This document shows positions 50,308 to 60,723 of a stretch of DNA of 64,000 nt, one piece after another; position 1 is the first letter of the stretch, and each line of letters begins with the position of its first letter. The notes below the pieces were generated by a model. That model saw only the letters and a program-made list of their open reading frames with translations, ran no database searches and was not told where the DNA came from. This DNA is from an uncultured Acidobacteriota bacterium (GTDB lineage Bacteria; Acidobacteriota; Terriglobia; UBA7540). The stretch is taken from NCBI GenBank assembly GCA_963804995.1, contig CAWDSK010000009.1, positions 32,001 to 96,000 of the forward strand, given 5' to 3'. The translations under genes and the position numbers were made by a program.

Positions 50308-51573
50308 TCACGCGGGGCGATCGAAAAAAGCTTCGGTGCGTTTGCGGTATTTGTAGGCGACGCCTTCATCCAGTTCGATTCCCAGACCCGGTTTGTCGGG
50401 CACACGAACATAACCCTTCTCAATCAGCGGTCCGCGACGGCCTTTGATGAGCTCGTCGAAAAACGGAACGCTCGCGGCGTGCCACTCGAGCGCCAGGAAA
50501 TTTGGGATCGCGGCCGCGAGATGCACCGAGGCCATGGTCCCGATCGGCCCCGAGATGTTGTGGGGGGCCAACTGGACGTAATGAACTTCCGCCATGTCTG
50601 CGATGCGTCGCCCCTCCAGCAATCCACCCACTTTCTGGAAATCCGGCGCCAGAATATCCACGGCCTCGCGCTCCAACAACTCGCGAAAGTGATGCCGCTG
50701 GTAATGGTGTTCGCCGGTGGCGATGGGGGTGGAGGTTGCAGAAGTCACTCGTCCAATGGCGTCGTTGTTTTCGGGCGGGACGGGATCTTCCAGCCAGATT
50801 AAGTCATAGGGCTCGCAGGCGCGCGCCAGGCGGATGGCGTCGTTCACACCGTAGTTCCAATGACAGTCAATCGCCAGGTCCACATCCTTGCCCAGCGCCT
50901 TGCGGAGCGTCGCCACCAGCCCCACCATGGTTTCGATCTCACCCCGGGTGAGGGCGCGATTGTAATCGTCGAGTGAGTATTCCGTGGGGACGTCCACATC
51001 AAATTTCAGCGCGGTAAAGCCGCGGCGTTTCATTTCCACGGCACGGCGTGCGAAATCCTGGGGGCGCAACTCCTTGGCCTCGGACTTCTGACCGCCATGG
51101 AATTTCGGGCTGATTTCCGCACGTGCCTGCGACTTTTTCTTTGCCTGGGCCATCCAGGCGGGATGGCGCGGCTGGAGCACGGGTGAGAGGCTGGTAAGGC
51201 CCTTGCCGGCGTGGCAGTCGGCATAGATGCGCACCCGGTCGCGGTACTTGCCTCCCAGGAATTGGTAGATGGGGAGGTTCGAGGCCTTGCCCACAATATC
51301 CCACAGAGCCGTCTCAACTCCACTGATGGCGTGGTAACCCATCCCTGCCGTTCCCGTCGCAATCAGCGCGGTCCGCATGAGCCGGCAGAGGCGATCCACA
51401 TCGCGCGGGTCCTCACCAGGAAGGAAATCGTTGAGCTCACGCATCAGGGCCGTGAGGCCGGGAGCGAAGAAGGCTTCACCCCAGCCGATCAGTCCCTGGT
51501 CGGTATGGACCTTGACAATCGTCCAGTCGAAATTGGCTTCGATGACGGCGGTCTCGATTTTAGTGATGCGCAT
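50308..51573 (-). CDS. Mandelate racemase/muconate lactonizing enzyme family (acid-sugar dehydratase-like)
   Basis: SGVETALWDI.GK, KFD, DCHW, WLEDP, TGE, APHN. Confidence 0.9.
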   Translation of the reverse strand: MRITKIETAVIEANFDWTIVKVHTDQGLIGWGEAFFAPGLTALMRELNDFLPGEDPRDVDRLCRLMRTALIATGTAGMGYHAISGVETALWDIVGKASNLPIYQFLGGKYRDRVRIYADCHAGKGLTSLSPVLQPRHPAWMAQAKKKSQARAEISPKFHGGQKSEAKELRPQDFARRAVEMKRRGFTALKFDVDVPTEYSLDDYNRALTRGEIETMVGLVATLRKALGKDVDLAIDCHWNYGVNDAIRLARACEPYDLIWLEDPVPPENNDAIGRVTSATSTPIATGEHHYQRHHFRELLEREAVDILAPDFQKVGGLLEGRRIADMAEVHYVQLAPHNISGPIGTMASVHLAAAIPNFLALEWHAASVPFFDELIKGRRGPLIEKGYVRVPDKPGLGIELDEGVAYKYRKRTEAFFDRPA

Positions 51574-51692
51574 AAAGGCGGCCTGTCCTCCACCCCTCGC
51601 GGCCACGCACGACACGAGCGCATACTTCCACAGGAAAACGCCGCGGGCCGGTAGAATCAAAGTCAATTATCGGGGCACGAGTGGGAATTCGA

Positions 51693-53033
51693 TCAGAGAC
51701 CACTCAAGGCTTTCTCAATTTCGTCCAAAGCAGTCTTCGGGAGTTCAGCCGGTAACGGGTCTGTCGACCTTCGCGCGTAAACGTGGTCACCGGTTTTCGC
51801 CGCCTCCACGATCTCCGTATTGTTCTTTTCTCCGGACTGAACATTGAAACGATAAGCCGGCTTGGCCAGCCCGTACTGCGCCAGGTCCCCGCCCTTGGGG
51901 AACGAATCCGCGCGCAGGTCACGCAAGCGGGTCAACAGGGTTTCCACTTTGTCGGAGGCCAGGTTCTTGGCGCTGGGAGTCGTCTGCTTCCATTGGTTCT
52001 TCTGCTGCTCGAAGACCCAGTGGCCCTTGGGAGTTTCCAATTCGACTCGCTTCGCGTCGAAGGCGGAGAAGGAAAACAGATCCTTCTCGCGTAAATCATT
52101 CTGGTCCTTCTTGAATTGGGTGACGAATTCGGAGTTGAGGGTGAACACCGGATTGAGGGCGGAGTTCATGGCAAAGTAGCGGTCGCTGTCCTTATCCTTC
52201 TTCCCGACCACAATCGTCTGCTGCCCGCCCGTGCCCGTCAATTGCAGCCGAAGTTCAGGTGAGCCGAACCCGTACTCGCCACCTTTCTTCTTGTCTTCCG
52301 CCGCAATGGTCTGCATGTTCAGGCTCCGCAACTGGCTGAGCAGGCCATCCACCGTAAAGCGGTCAGCACGCACCGAGGGGGGCAACACGAGATCCCACAC
52401 GCCCTCGGGATTCTTTTGCAAGGTCCACTGCGTGCCTTTGTAGTCCACTCCGATTTTCTGCAACTGGTCGGATTCGAGTGTCAGGGCGCGCTTGTCACGC
52501 AGATCGAAGGGTTTCTTCTCGAGAGCGGATTTCACATAAGTCGCGAGGGTGAAGACCCGCGGATTGCCTTCCACCTGCGCATACACTCCGCCACTGGTGG
52601 GCGTATCGTCACCCAGAAGCAGGGTGAGGGATTGCGGTTTGGTATCCGTGGTGACTTCCAGGGTGAAGCTGGGTGGATCAAGGCCAAAATCCTTCAAGCT
52701 GGCCGGATGCGGAGCTACAACATCCTCCACGGTCGCGGTCGTTAGACTATTCAGAACACCCGCGAAGGCGCTAGGGTCCCCCTCTAATTGGCTGGGCGCC
52801 GCGATGATCCACTTCCCGGCTTCACGGCGGCAAGTGGTGGCTTCGCCCTCCCGGGGCTTGAAAGTTATGGTCTGGATGTGCTGGCCGTCGACGGAAAAAA
52901 TCTTCTCCTGTTTGCTCGTTTCGACTTTGGGCGTCTCCTGGCTTTTGCGCTTGTCGTAATAAGTGAAAGCCGCCCACGTCGCGGACAGGATAGCCAGTGC
53001 GAACAATGTATTCAGGTATTTTGGGTTCTTCAT
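51693..53033 (-). CDS. DUF4340 domain protein
   Basis: N-terminal TM; three repeats with FGLDPP/YGFGSP/YGLAKP and DLRDK; ATGA-coupled to GldG-like gene. Confidence 0.85.
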   Translation of the reverse strand: MKNPKYLNTLFALAILSATWAAFTYYDKRKSQETPKVETSKQEKIFSVDGQHIQTITFKPREGEATTCRREAGKWIIAAPSQLEGDPSAFAGVLNSLTTATVEDVVAPHPASLKDFGLDPPSFTLEVTTDTKPQSLTLLLGDDTPTSGGVYAQVEGNPRVFTLATYVKSALEKKPFDLRDKRALTLESDQLQKIGVDYKGTQWTLQKNPEGVWDLVLPPSVRADRFTVDGLLSQLRSLNMQTIAAEDKKKGGEYGFGSPELRLQLTGTGGQQTIVVGKKDKDSDRYFAMNSALNPVFTLNSEFVTQFKKDQNDLREKDLFSFSAFDAKRVELETPKGHWVFEQQKNQWKQTTPSAKNLASDKVETLLTRLRDLRADSFPKGGDLAQYGLAKPAYRFNVQSGEKNNTEIVEAAKTGDHVYARRSTDPLPAELPKTALDEIEKALSGL

Positions 53034-54406
53034 CGCCGTTGCCACCACACCATCACGCCGGCCACGATAATCAAAAACGGGATGCCGAAAACGCCCAGGA
53101 AGAGCACTTGGCGCATCTGCTGTGAATTCATGGTCAGGTGTTGGGAGTCCGGGGGTTTGGCCCGAATGGAGATGAGATCCTCATCCTCCGAAAGCCAGTT
53201 GATGGAATTCATGATGAAATCGCGGTTGCTTTGAAAATTCAGGAAGTTGTTGGCCGCGACTAGGGATGTCCCCAAGGCCACAAAGCGGCCCGAGATCTTT
53301 TTCTCTCCTTCACCTGGAACCGTACCTGCCGCTGCCACGGTGAGGGGGCCTTTCAGGTCCTTGCCCGGCCGGAATTCCACCTTTTCCATTTTAGGATTGA
53401 AGTTCATCACATCGAAGCTCTCCCCGGAAGTGTCGCAGAGAGAATCGGCGGTGCCACCGGCTTTGGGTTCCTTCCCGATTTCAAACGAGCGAGAGAGTGG
53501 GAAAAGCGTGGCGCGCCCCGAAAGGGGTTGCACAATGGGATTCGACCCGTACTTCACAATCAGCGGCATCGCGGGGCTGGTGCCAAAGAGTTGTGCCACA
53601 GGATTCTGGTCGATCACCAGGTCATTGCGGGCCGTCACATTCCATCCGGTTAAGAGCTTGGCCAGGTTGGGCAATTCTACGCCGGCGTCCAGCATGATGA
53701 GGGCGCGTCCCCCGCCTTGGATATATTTCTGCAGGACGTCGATCTCCGGCGGAAGATAATCGTTCTGCGGGCCGGCAATCACCACCATGGTGCAGTCTGG
53801 GGGGATGGCCATCTTCTGCATCAGCGGGACCGACTGCGTCAGGTAATTCTCGTTGCCAAGCTGTTTGCCGAAGTGGTCGTAGCCGTCGCGATCCGTGCTA
53901 TCCAGTTTGCGCTCCCCGTGCCCCTCGATAAAGCAGGCTGACCTTTGGCCCTTCAGGACGCGCACCAAGGCGTTCGTGATCCCCTCCTCGGTGTCACCCT
54001 GAGCCTCCATGTGCCGATCGCCCGCCGACACCACAATCGTTCCGTAGGTGCGGACGGCAAACTCTTTGGCCACGGCCGGCTGGCGATCCGGGTCAACGTA
54101 TTTTACTTTTACGCGGTGCGAGGCGGAAGCATACATGTCGAGCACGTCGCGGCGTTCGCCCATGCTCCGTTCCCGGTCAAATACATAAATAGCCACGTCC
54201 CGGTTCAGTTCCTTCAGGATCTTGCGGGTCTGGTCCGAGAGACTGTACTTCTTGTTGGGCGTCATGTCCCAGCGCTTGTCGTGGTGATTGACAAACCAAT
54301 TCACCAGAACGATCAGCGCCACCACGATCAGTGTGTAGAGAGCAAAGTTTGCGCCCGTGAGAACTTGCTGTCCGCTGCGGCCACTCAAGCGATCTTTCCA
54401 CGCCAT
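53030..54406 (-). CDS. GldG-family ABC transporter auxiliary protein
   Basis: WDMT.NK.YSLS.QT, VDPD, GHGE, IAGP, NSINWL, C-terminal TM. Confidence 0.88.
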   Translation of the reverse strand: MAWKDRLSGRSGQQVLTGANFALYTLIVVALIVLVNWFVNHHDKRWDMTPNKKYSLSDQTRKILKELNRDVAIYVFDRERSMGERRDVLDMYASASHRVKVKYVDPDRQPAVAKEFAVRTYGTIVVSAGDRHMEAQGDTEEGITNALVRVLKGQRSACFIEGHGERKLDSTDRDGYDHFGKQLGNENYLTQSVPLMQKMAIPPDCTMVVIAGPQNDYLPPEIDVLQKYIQGGGRALIMLDAGVELPNLAKLLTGWNVTARNDLVIDQNPVAQLFGTSPAMPLIVKYGSNPIVQPLSGRATLFPLSRSFEIGKEPKAGGTADSLCDTSGESFDVMNFNPKMEKVEFRPGKDLKGPLTVAAAGTVPGEGEKKISGRFVALGTSLVAANNFLNFQSNRDFIMNSINWLSEDEDLISIRAKPPDSQHLTMNSQQMRQVLFLGVFGIPFLIIVAGVMVWWQRR

Positions 54407-54408
54407 GG

Positions 54409-55188
54409 TTACGGCCTCCCTTTCAAGGCTTCCATCGAGCGCGCGGTCAGGAATATTCCCAGGATGATGACCGAGAGGTAATACACAACGTCGCTCAATT
54501 GAATTACACCCTTTGAGAAATTGTCAAAATGGGTGGTTAACGCAAGATAGGACATGACCTGCCCAAATGTACTCTGGGAGTAAGCGCTGACCCAGTCCAG
54601 CAGATAGAGCAACAGGAAAGCTGCCATGCCCACTGCACCGGCGATGATCTGGTTCTTGGTAAAGGTTGAAATCCACATGCCGAGCGCCAGAAGCGCCGAT
54701 CCGTAGAGAAGGATCCCGAGGGCATTCCCAATAAGCGGTTTGACATTGGGATTGCCGTAGATGAACAGAACTATGAAATAAACAAACGTCAACGCTTCCA
54801 GAATCACAAACATGGTCAAAGCGCCGAGAAACTTCCCCAGGATGATTTCCAGATCGGTGAGCGGGAACGTCAGCAAAAGCTCAATCGTTCCGGAGCGCTT
54901 CTCTTCCGCGAAGAGCCGCATGGTAATCAGGGGAATCAAGAACAGCAGCACCACCGTGAGCACCCCGCCCAGAATGGGACGGATGATGTTTTCGTTCAGG
55001 CTCATGGGCGGCGCTCCCATCCCCCCCATGGCCTGCATGCGGAAGGATTGGATAACAAAGAACGCCGTGGAACTATAGAAGACAAAACCGCAAATAGCGG
55101 TGTACACCGTCATCACCAAATAGGCGATGGGCGAGTGAAAGTAAGCTCGCATTTCCTTGCCTGCTACTGCCAGAACATTGCGCAACAT
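54409..55188 (-). CDS. ABC-2 permease (GldF-like)
   Basis: KEMRAYFHSPIAY, PLITMRLFAEEKRSGTIELLLT, TKNQIIA. Confidence 0.9.
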   Translation of the reverse strand: MLRNVLAVAGKEMRAYFHSPIAYLVMTVYTAICGFVFYSSTAFFVIQSFRMQAMGGMGAPPMSLNENIIRPILGGVLTVVLLFLIPLITMRLFAEEKRSGTIELLLTFPLTDLEIILGKFLGALTMFVILEALTFVYFIVLFIYGNPNVKPLIGNALGILLYGSALLALGMWISTFTKNQIIAGAVGMAAFLLLYLLDWVSAYSQSTFGQVMSYLALTTHFDNFSKGVIQLSDVVYYLSVIILGIFLTARSMEALKGRP

Positions 55189-55205
55189 GCGAATCCTCTC
55201 TTAAA

Positions 55206-56181
55206 TCAGTTCGCCGCCTTCGAGGCTTCCGCCGCGGCTTCCTCGCTGACGTCTTTAGTAGTGAGCTGCAAGAAGATCTCTTCCAGGCTTAAGCCACTGG
55301 TCTTCAATTCGAAGAGTTTCCAGCCGGATTCCACCACGACTCGCGCCAACTCAGCGCGCACGTCCTGGTCCTTCTCCGAGTGCACTTCCAAAGTCACCTT
55401 GCCGTCGCTGGAGTCCCGCGGCTCGAACCCAGTTCACGCCGCCCACTCTTTGAAACTTCTCAATGATCTCCGCCGCCGGACCTTCCGCGGTCACCAGCAG
55501 CGTTGAGAACCCCTGCAAGCGCCGCATGAGCTCATCCGGCGTCCCCACCGCCACAATCTGCCCCGCGTTGATCACCACGACGCGCTGGCAGGTCTTCGAA
55601 ACTTCCGGCAGGATGTGGGTACTCAGGATGACCGTGTGCTGTCCAGCCAGTCTCTTGATCAGTTCGCGGGTCTCAATGATCTGCTTGGGATCAAGGCCGG
55701 CCGTCGGTTCGTCCAGCACCAGCACATCGGGATTGTGAATCAGCGCCTGCGCCAATCCCACCCGTTGCCGGTATCCTTTGGAGAGCTTTCCGATCTGGCG
55801 CCGGCGGACGTCGGTGATTGCACACTTTTCATCCACTTCGGCCAGTCGAGCCTTTATATCACGGTGCGATACACCTTTGATTCGCGCCACGAAGGCCAGG
55901 TACTCGTCCACGGTCATGTCCGGATACACCGGAGGAGTTTCCGGCAGATAGCCCGTGCGCCGCTTTGCCTCCAAGGGATCCTCCACCACGTCGTAGCCTG
56001 CGACCAGAACCTTCCCTTGCGTGGGGGGGAGAAACCCCGTGATCACGCGCATGGTCGTGGTCTTCCCGGCGCCGTTGGGGCCGAGAAAACCCAGGATCTC
56101 ACCTTTCTGCACCGTGAAGCTCAGGTCGGAAACGGCCACGGTGGGTCCGTAGCGCTTCGTAAGATTCTCTACTTCGATCAT
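55206..56181 (-). CDS. ABC transporter ATP-binding protein (GldA-like), apparent 1-bp frameshift at about 55427
   Basis: GPNGAGKTT, LSKGYRQRVG, LDEPT; C-terminal ..SLEEIFLQLT lies in another frame; removing one base near 55426-55430 restores it. Confidence 0.85.
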
Positions 56182-56593
56182 GTAAAGCCACCCTTCCTGC
56201 TTCCGAGGATTACCGGATGCCTCAATCTCCCCAGGCAAATCTGTTGACGCTGTTCAAATGAAGATTGCGCAACCAAGCGGATCGTTCCTGCCTAAAGCAG
56301 CCCGGCCCTCTGGGGATATGAACGCGGCCCGAACTAATAAGAATTACCAGAAAACCCGCATGGTTGCCAAGGGGTTTGATGAGGCGTCGTGGGTCAGCTT
56401 GGTGTAGAGGCGGCTTTAGGCCGCCATTTGGCGAGGTAAACTCGCCGCTACAGAAACATCGAACTCAGACCCTACCCAGCCCTGATGAGGGTTGGCGGTT
56501 TGCCCCGGATGCGTTACGATGCTGGGTCCGGTGGGCAGGAGTCCAATCTTCAGCAAAATAGCCAGCCACCGGCACATATGGGGAGGGGGCGAA

Positions 56594-57349
56594 ATGGTAC
56601 TCAGGGGACAAGTGGCTTTAATTACGGGGGCGTCCACGGGGATCGGACGCGCTACGGCAGAAGCGATGGCGCGCGAAGGTGCGCGCGTGGGAGTGAACTA
56701 CCACAAGAGTCAAGCTGCGGCGGAAGAGGCTGTCGCAGCCATCCGCGCCGCAGGCGGCGAAGCTATTGCCATCCACGCGGACGTGACACGCTCCGGCGAC
56801 GTTCAGGAGATGGTGGCAGCGGTCCGTAGGCAGTGGGGGCGTATCGACATCCTGGTGAATAACGCCGGCGACCTGGTGGGACGGCGCTCGCTCGCTGAAA
56901 TGACCGAGGAGTATTGGGACCAGGTTATGAACCTGAACCTGAAAAGCGTCTACTTCTGCGTCAAAGCCGTGTGGGAAGAAATGGTCGCGCGCGAGAGCGG
57001 CTGTATTATCAACCTCACCTCCATCGCCGCCCGCAGTGGCGGGGGCCCCGGCGTCGCAACCTACTCCGCGGCGAAAGGCGGGTTATTGTCGTACACGAAG
57101 GGGCTGGCCAAGGAACTTGCCCCGCACGGAGTTCGCGTGAATTCGGTTTCGCCGGGTGTGATCCTGACCCCGTTCCATGAGCGTCACAGTACGCTTGAAT
57201 TTATGCGAAAAATGGTGGCGACGATTCCTATGGGCCGCGCCGGCATCTCGGAGGAAGTCGCGGACGTGATCGTGTTTCTGGCTTCACCCGCGGCACGGTA
57301 TATCACCGGTGAGACGGTGGAAGTGAACGGCGGACAATTGATGGATTAA
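56594..57349 (+). CDS. SDR family oxidoreductase
   Basis: TGASTGIG, NNAG, YSAAK. Confidence 0.92.
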   Translation: MVLRGQVALITGASTGIGRATAEAMAREGARVGVNYHKSQAAAEEAVAAIRAAGGEAIAIHADVTRSGDVQEMVAAVRRQWGRIDILVNNAGDLVGRRSLAEMTEEYWDQVMNLNLKSVYFCVKAVWEEMVARESGCIINLTSIAARSGGGPGVATYSAAKGGLLSYTKGLAKELAPHGVRVNSVSPGVILTPFHERHSTLEFMRKMVATIPMGRAGISEEVADVIVFLASPAARYITGETVEVNGGQLMD

Positions 57350-57597
57350 GGCAAGTAATCGTAGCGCGGCTTTCCCCTTCGTCCGCAGCGCGAGTTATTG
57401 AGCAGGGCGGAAGACGCCAGGGACACGGCTGGCCAAGCCCGGCGCGCAAACCGTTCAACCCTCCTGCCACCCCGTTCGCAGGAAGATTTTGAAAGTCTGG
57501 TGAAAACGGTTGACTTGGTACAAGCCAATCCTTAACCTGTGCGACGGAGTATAGGTGCGCAGACTGCCCGAGGGCAGTCTTTTAGTTGGCCATCTAG

Positions 57598-57614
57598 TTG
57601 CGACTCAGTCGCAA
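57598..57614. promoter_or_regulatory. Perfect 8-1-8 palindrome, putative Fur-family operator
   Basis: TTGCGACT-C-AGTCGCAA 16 bp upstream of the fur-family start. Confidence 0.65.
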
Positions 57615-57630
57615 GTGTGAGGAAAAAGGA

Positions 57631-58119
57631 ATGAGGCTGATACACCGCAATCCCCTGCTGGAGCAGGTCTCCTCGAGCGGAGTTCGGCTTACCCGCCAAC
57701 GCCGCGTGTTAATTGAAGCACTTCAGGGCGCGGAAGAACACGTCGATGCCGCCGCGCTTCTGGAACTGGCAAGAAAACGCGATCCCCGGATCAATCGCGC
57801 CACGGTCTATCGAACTCTGGACGTGCTCAAGAAGCTCCGTTTAATTGACGAGTTGGATTTGATGCACCTGCAAGGGGAGAAGCACTATTTCGAGCCGCGC
57901 ACCATCCGCGACCACTGTCATCTCGCTTGCTTCCGCTGCGGTTCCATCGTGGAATACGCGAGCCCGGCCTTTGAGGCACTGAAGTCGGAAATCGCGACCG
58001 AGAACAGTTTTCAGGTGGAAGTGATCCGGCTGGAGCTAGGAGGGGTTTGCAGACAATGTCGCGAGGTGGAAAACCGTCGCGGGAAACACCAACCGAAGAT
58101 CGGTGGTGGGTTAATTTGA
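57631..58119 (+). CDS. Fur family transcriptional regulator
   Basis: GVRLTRQRR, RATVYRTL, HCHLACFRCG, GVCRQC. Confidence 0.92.
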   Translation: MRLIHRNPLLEQVSSSGVRLTRQRRVLIEALQGAEEHVDAAALLELARKRDPRINRATVYRTLDVLKKLRLIDELDLMHLQGEKHYFEPRTIRDHCHLACFRCGSIVEYASPAFEALKSEIATENSFQVEVIRLELGGVCRQCREVENRRGKHQPKIGGGLI

Positions 58120-58305
58120 CGTCGTAGCGGCGAGTTTACCTCGCCATTTAAAATTCGAAGAAAAGTAAGTGAAGTAGCACCATGAAGCCGGTCCCCACAG
58201 TGAACCTTTGGCCAAGGGCTGCGGGGACCGGAAATCGACAACCCGGAGGGCTGGCGATACACCCGTATTCTAGGTGCGCCAGCCAGGGTTTATCAAGGAG
58301 ATTGG

Positions 58306-59313
58306 ATGGCTGGACACCGCTTACACTTCTCTCACGTGTTGCTGCCAGTCGGCGCCCCCAGGATCAAGGGATTGCTTTCGGTTTCTTGCCTGGGAACTTC
58401 CAGACTGAGAAAGCTAACGTGGAGCCCCGTCGCCCACACAGGTTTTCTTCTTTCGCTGGTATTTCTGTTCTCTTTCGTTTTCCACGTGCAGGCTTTCGCT
58501 CAGGAAAGCCCTTACATCGTGACCTACGATCATTACCTCGAGGAGCCCGGAAATCTTGAGGTGGAGTATTTCTCCACAGTGGGTACGCAACGCGCCGGCA
58601 ACGGCTTCCATGCCTTCTGGGTTGAACTCGAGTATGGCGCCAGGGCCTGGTGGACTACCGAGTTTTATTTCGACGGACAAACGACCTTGCACGACAGCAC
58701 CCTCTTCACGGGCTTTCGCTGGGAAAACCGCTTTCGTCCGCTCGAACGGGAGCATTTCATCAATCCCGTGATCTATATTGAGTACGAGCAGATCAGCGAG
58801 GCGGACAAGATCATCAAGGAAGTTGAAGGCCACGACGTCGAATCCGATCACGCCGATCCCAACTCCGTCCTACGCCAGGGGCACGACCACGAATTGGAAT
58901 TCAAGCTGCTCCTCTCGAAGACGTTCCAGGGCTGGAATGTTGCCCTGAACCCACTCGCCACCAAAAACCTTTCACCCAGTAATCCCTGGGAATTTGGTTA
59001 TGCCCTGGGTGCAAGCCGTCCACTGGCGCTGAAGGCATCCCCACGCCATTGCAAATTCTGCCGTGAGAATTTCATCGTCGGAGCCGAGTTGTACGGCGGT
59101 CTGGGCGACACCGAAAGTTATGGCCTGCACGACACATCCCATTATCTTGCGCCCGTGGCGGCGTGGAATCTTCCCTCGGGCTGGACCCTTCGCTTGTCGC
59201 CCGGATTCGGGCTGAACGACAACAGTCATCGCTTGCTCTTGCGCTGGAGCGTCTCGCGGGAATTCTCGGGCTTCGGGGAGATGATCAGCCAACTGTTTGG
59301 AGGCCGCCCATGA
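58306..59313 (+). CDS. Hypothetical exported protein, possibly outer-membrane beta-barrel (start uncertain)
   Basis: Signal-like ..VQAFAQ, amphipathic beta strands, ELEYG..WWTTEFY, His/acid-rich loop EGHDVESDH..GHDHELE. Confidence 0.65.
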   Translation: MAGHRLHFSHVLLPVGAPRIKGLLSVSCLGTSRLRKLTWSPVAHTGFLLSLVFLFSFVFHVQAFAQESPYIVTYDHYLEEPGNLEVEYFSTVGTQRAGNGFHAFWVELEYGARAWWTTEFYFDGQTTLHDSTLFTGFRWENRFRPLEREHFINPVIYIEYEQISEADKIIKEVEGHDVESDHADPNSVLRQGHDHELEFKLLLSKTFQGWNVALNPLATKNLSPSNPWEFGYALGASRPLALKASPRHCKFCRENFIVGAELYGGLGDTESYGLHDTSHYLAPVAAWNLPSGWTLRLSPGFGLNDNSHRLLLRWSVSREFSGFGEMISQLFGGRP

Positions 59314-59765
59314 AGATCCATCCTGTATTCCCTCAACCCACCAGATGGATGCCGCGGGTAATGGCAGGTCTATTGATTCTCAATGTGGTACTGGCCTTGG
59401 CCCGGGCTGAAAACCCGGCTGCGCCCAAGACCCCAAGGGGGGATTACACCGTGCTGACGAAAGTTCCTTCGAAAGCGCGGGCCCGGCCGAACCCCCTGGA
59501 AGGCGACCCTGATGCGGTGACCGCAGGCAGAAAGCTCTTCGAGCAGCATTGTTCCGAGTGCCACGGGAAAGATGCTGCGGGCGGGAAGCGAGGTCCAAAG
59601 CTGCGTGGACTGACGGCGCAAGAAGCGACGCCGGGTGCGCTGTTCTTTGTTCTTACAAACGGAGTTGTCCGGCGCGGCATGCCCGACTGGTCGAAGCTGC
59701 CGGAACCGGAGCGCTGGCAGATCGTCAGCTTTCTGGAATCGTTGCGTGAATCGCCGGGGCGATAG
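59310..59765 (+). CDS. Class I c-type cytochrome
   Basis: NPL...GRKLFEQHCSECHG, GMPDW; ATGA overlap with the upstream gene. Confidence 0.88.
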   Translation: MKIHPVFPQPTRWMPRVMAGLLILNVVLALARAENPAAPKTPRGDYTVLTKVPSKARARPNPLEGDPDAVTAGRKLFEQHCSECHGKDAAGGKRGPKLRGLTAQEATPGALFFVLTNGVVRRGMPDWSKLPEPERWQIVSFLESLRESPGR

Positions 59766-59814
59766 TTCCCAGAGCCCGAACGCGACGGAGGCGCTTCCTC
59801 AAGGTGTCTACTTA

Positions 59815-60723
59815 GAGCTTATCCGTAAATACTTATTGAAGTCTGCTGCAATTTGATGCATGATTATGACCCAAGATGCCGCAGATAAAATCTTGGGAAG
59901 TATCCGACGAGTTTTGGGTGAAAGTCGAACCGCTGATTCCGGTTCGACAGCGGTCGAAAGGCCGAAAGTATAGGCGGAAGCCGGGGGGTGGGAGGAAGCC
60001 AATGCCGGCGCGCCGGATCTTCTCGGCCATTGTGTATGTGCTGCGCACGGGATGTCAGTGGAAGGCCTTGCCCAAGGAATTCGGCAGCGCCAGCGCGGTC
60101 CACAAGCATTTTCAACAGTGGCACCGGGCGGGTTTCTTTCTGGCGCTCTGGCGGTCGGGGCTGGCCGAGTACGATGAGCTGGAGGGCATTGCCTGGGACT
60201 GGCAAAGCATCGACGGAGCGATGGTGAAAGCCCCGCTGGCCTTGACTTGTGTGGGACCCAATCCCACCGATCGGGGAAAAAAATGGGCGCAAGCGAAGTT
60301 TGTTAGTCGACGGGCGTGGCGTCCCACTATCGCTCGCCGTCAGCGGAGCCAACCTGCATGATGTGAAGCTGCTGGCCACCACCCTCGACCAGGTGGTGAG
60401 AGCGCGACCGGCACCGCGACCGAGAAAGCCCCAGCACCTTTGCGCCGATGCCGGTTACAAGGGATCCCGCGCTCGGCAAGCGGCCACGAACCGCCACTAC
60501 CGGCCGCATATCAAGCAACAGCGAGAAGAGATGGAAGCAAAACGTATCGTCCCCGGTTACAAGGCTCGCCGATGGGTGGTCGAGCGGACCCATTCCTGGC
60601 TCAACCGATACCGCAAGGTGTTGGTGAGCTTTGAAAAGACCGAGGAAAGCTACGTCGCCCTACTAACCTTAGCCGCGGCCATGATCTGCTGGCGACAGAC
60701 AATTATTATTTACGGATAAGCTC
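59815..60723 (+). mobile_element. IS5-family insertion sequence (909 bp, two-ORF type)
   Basis: Perfect 17-bp IRs GAGCTTATCCGTAAATA / TATTTACGGATAAGCTC; TTA duplication at 59812-59814 and 60724-60726. Confidence 0.95.
59876..60719 (+). CDS. IS5-family DDE transposase split into orfA (59876-60361) and orfB, joined at GGGGAAAAAAAT
   Basis: YVLRTGCQW.ALP, SIDG, GRKRSLLVDGRGVPL, ADAGY, RWVVERTHSWL. Confidence 0.92.
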
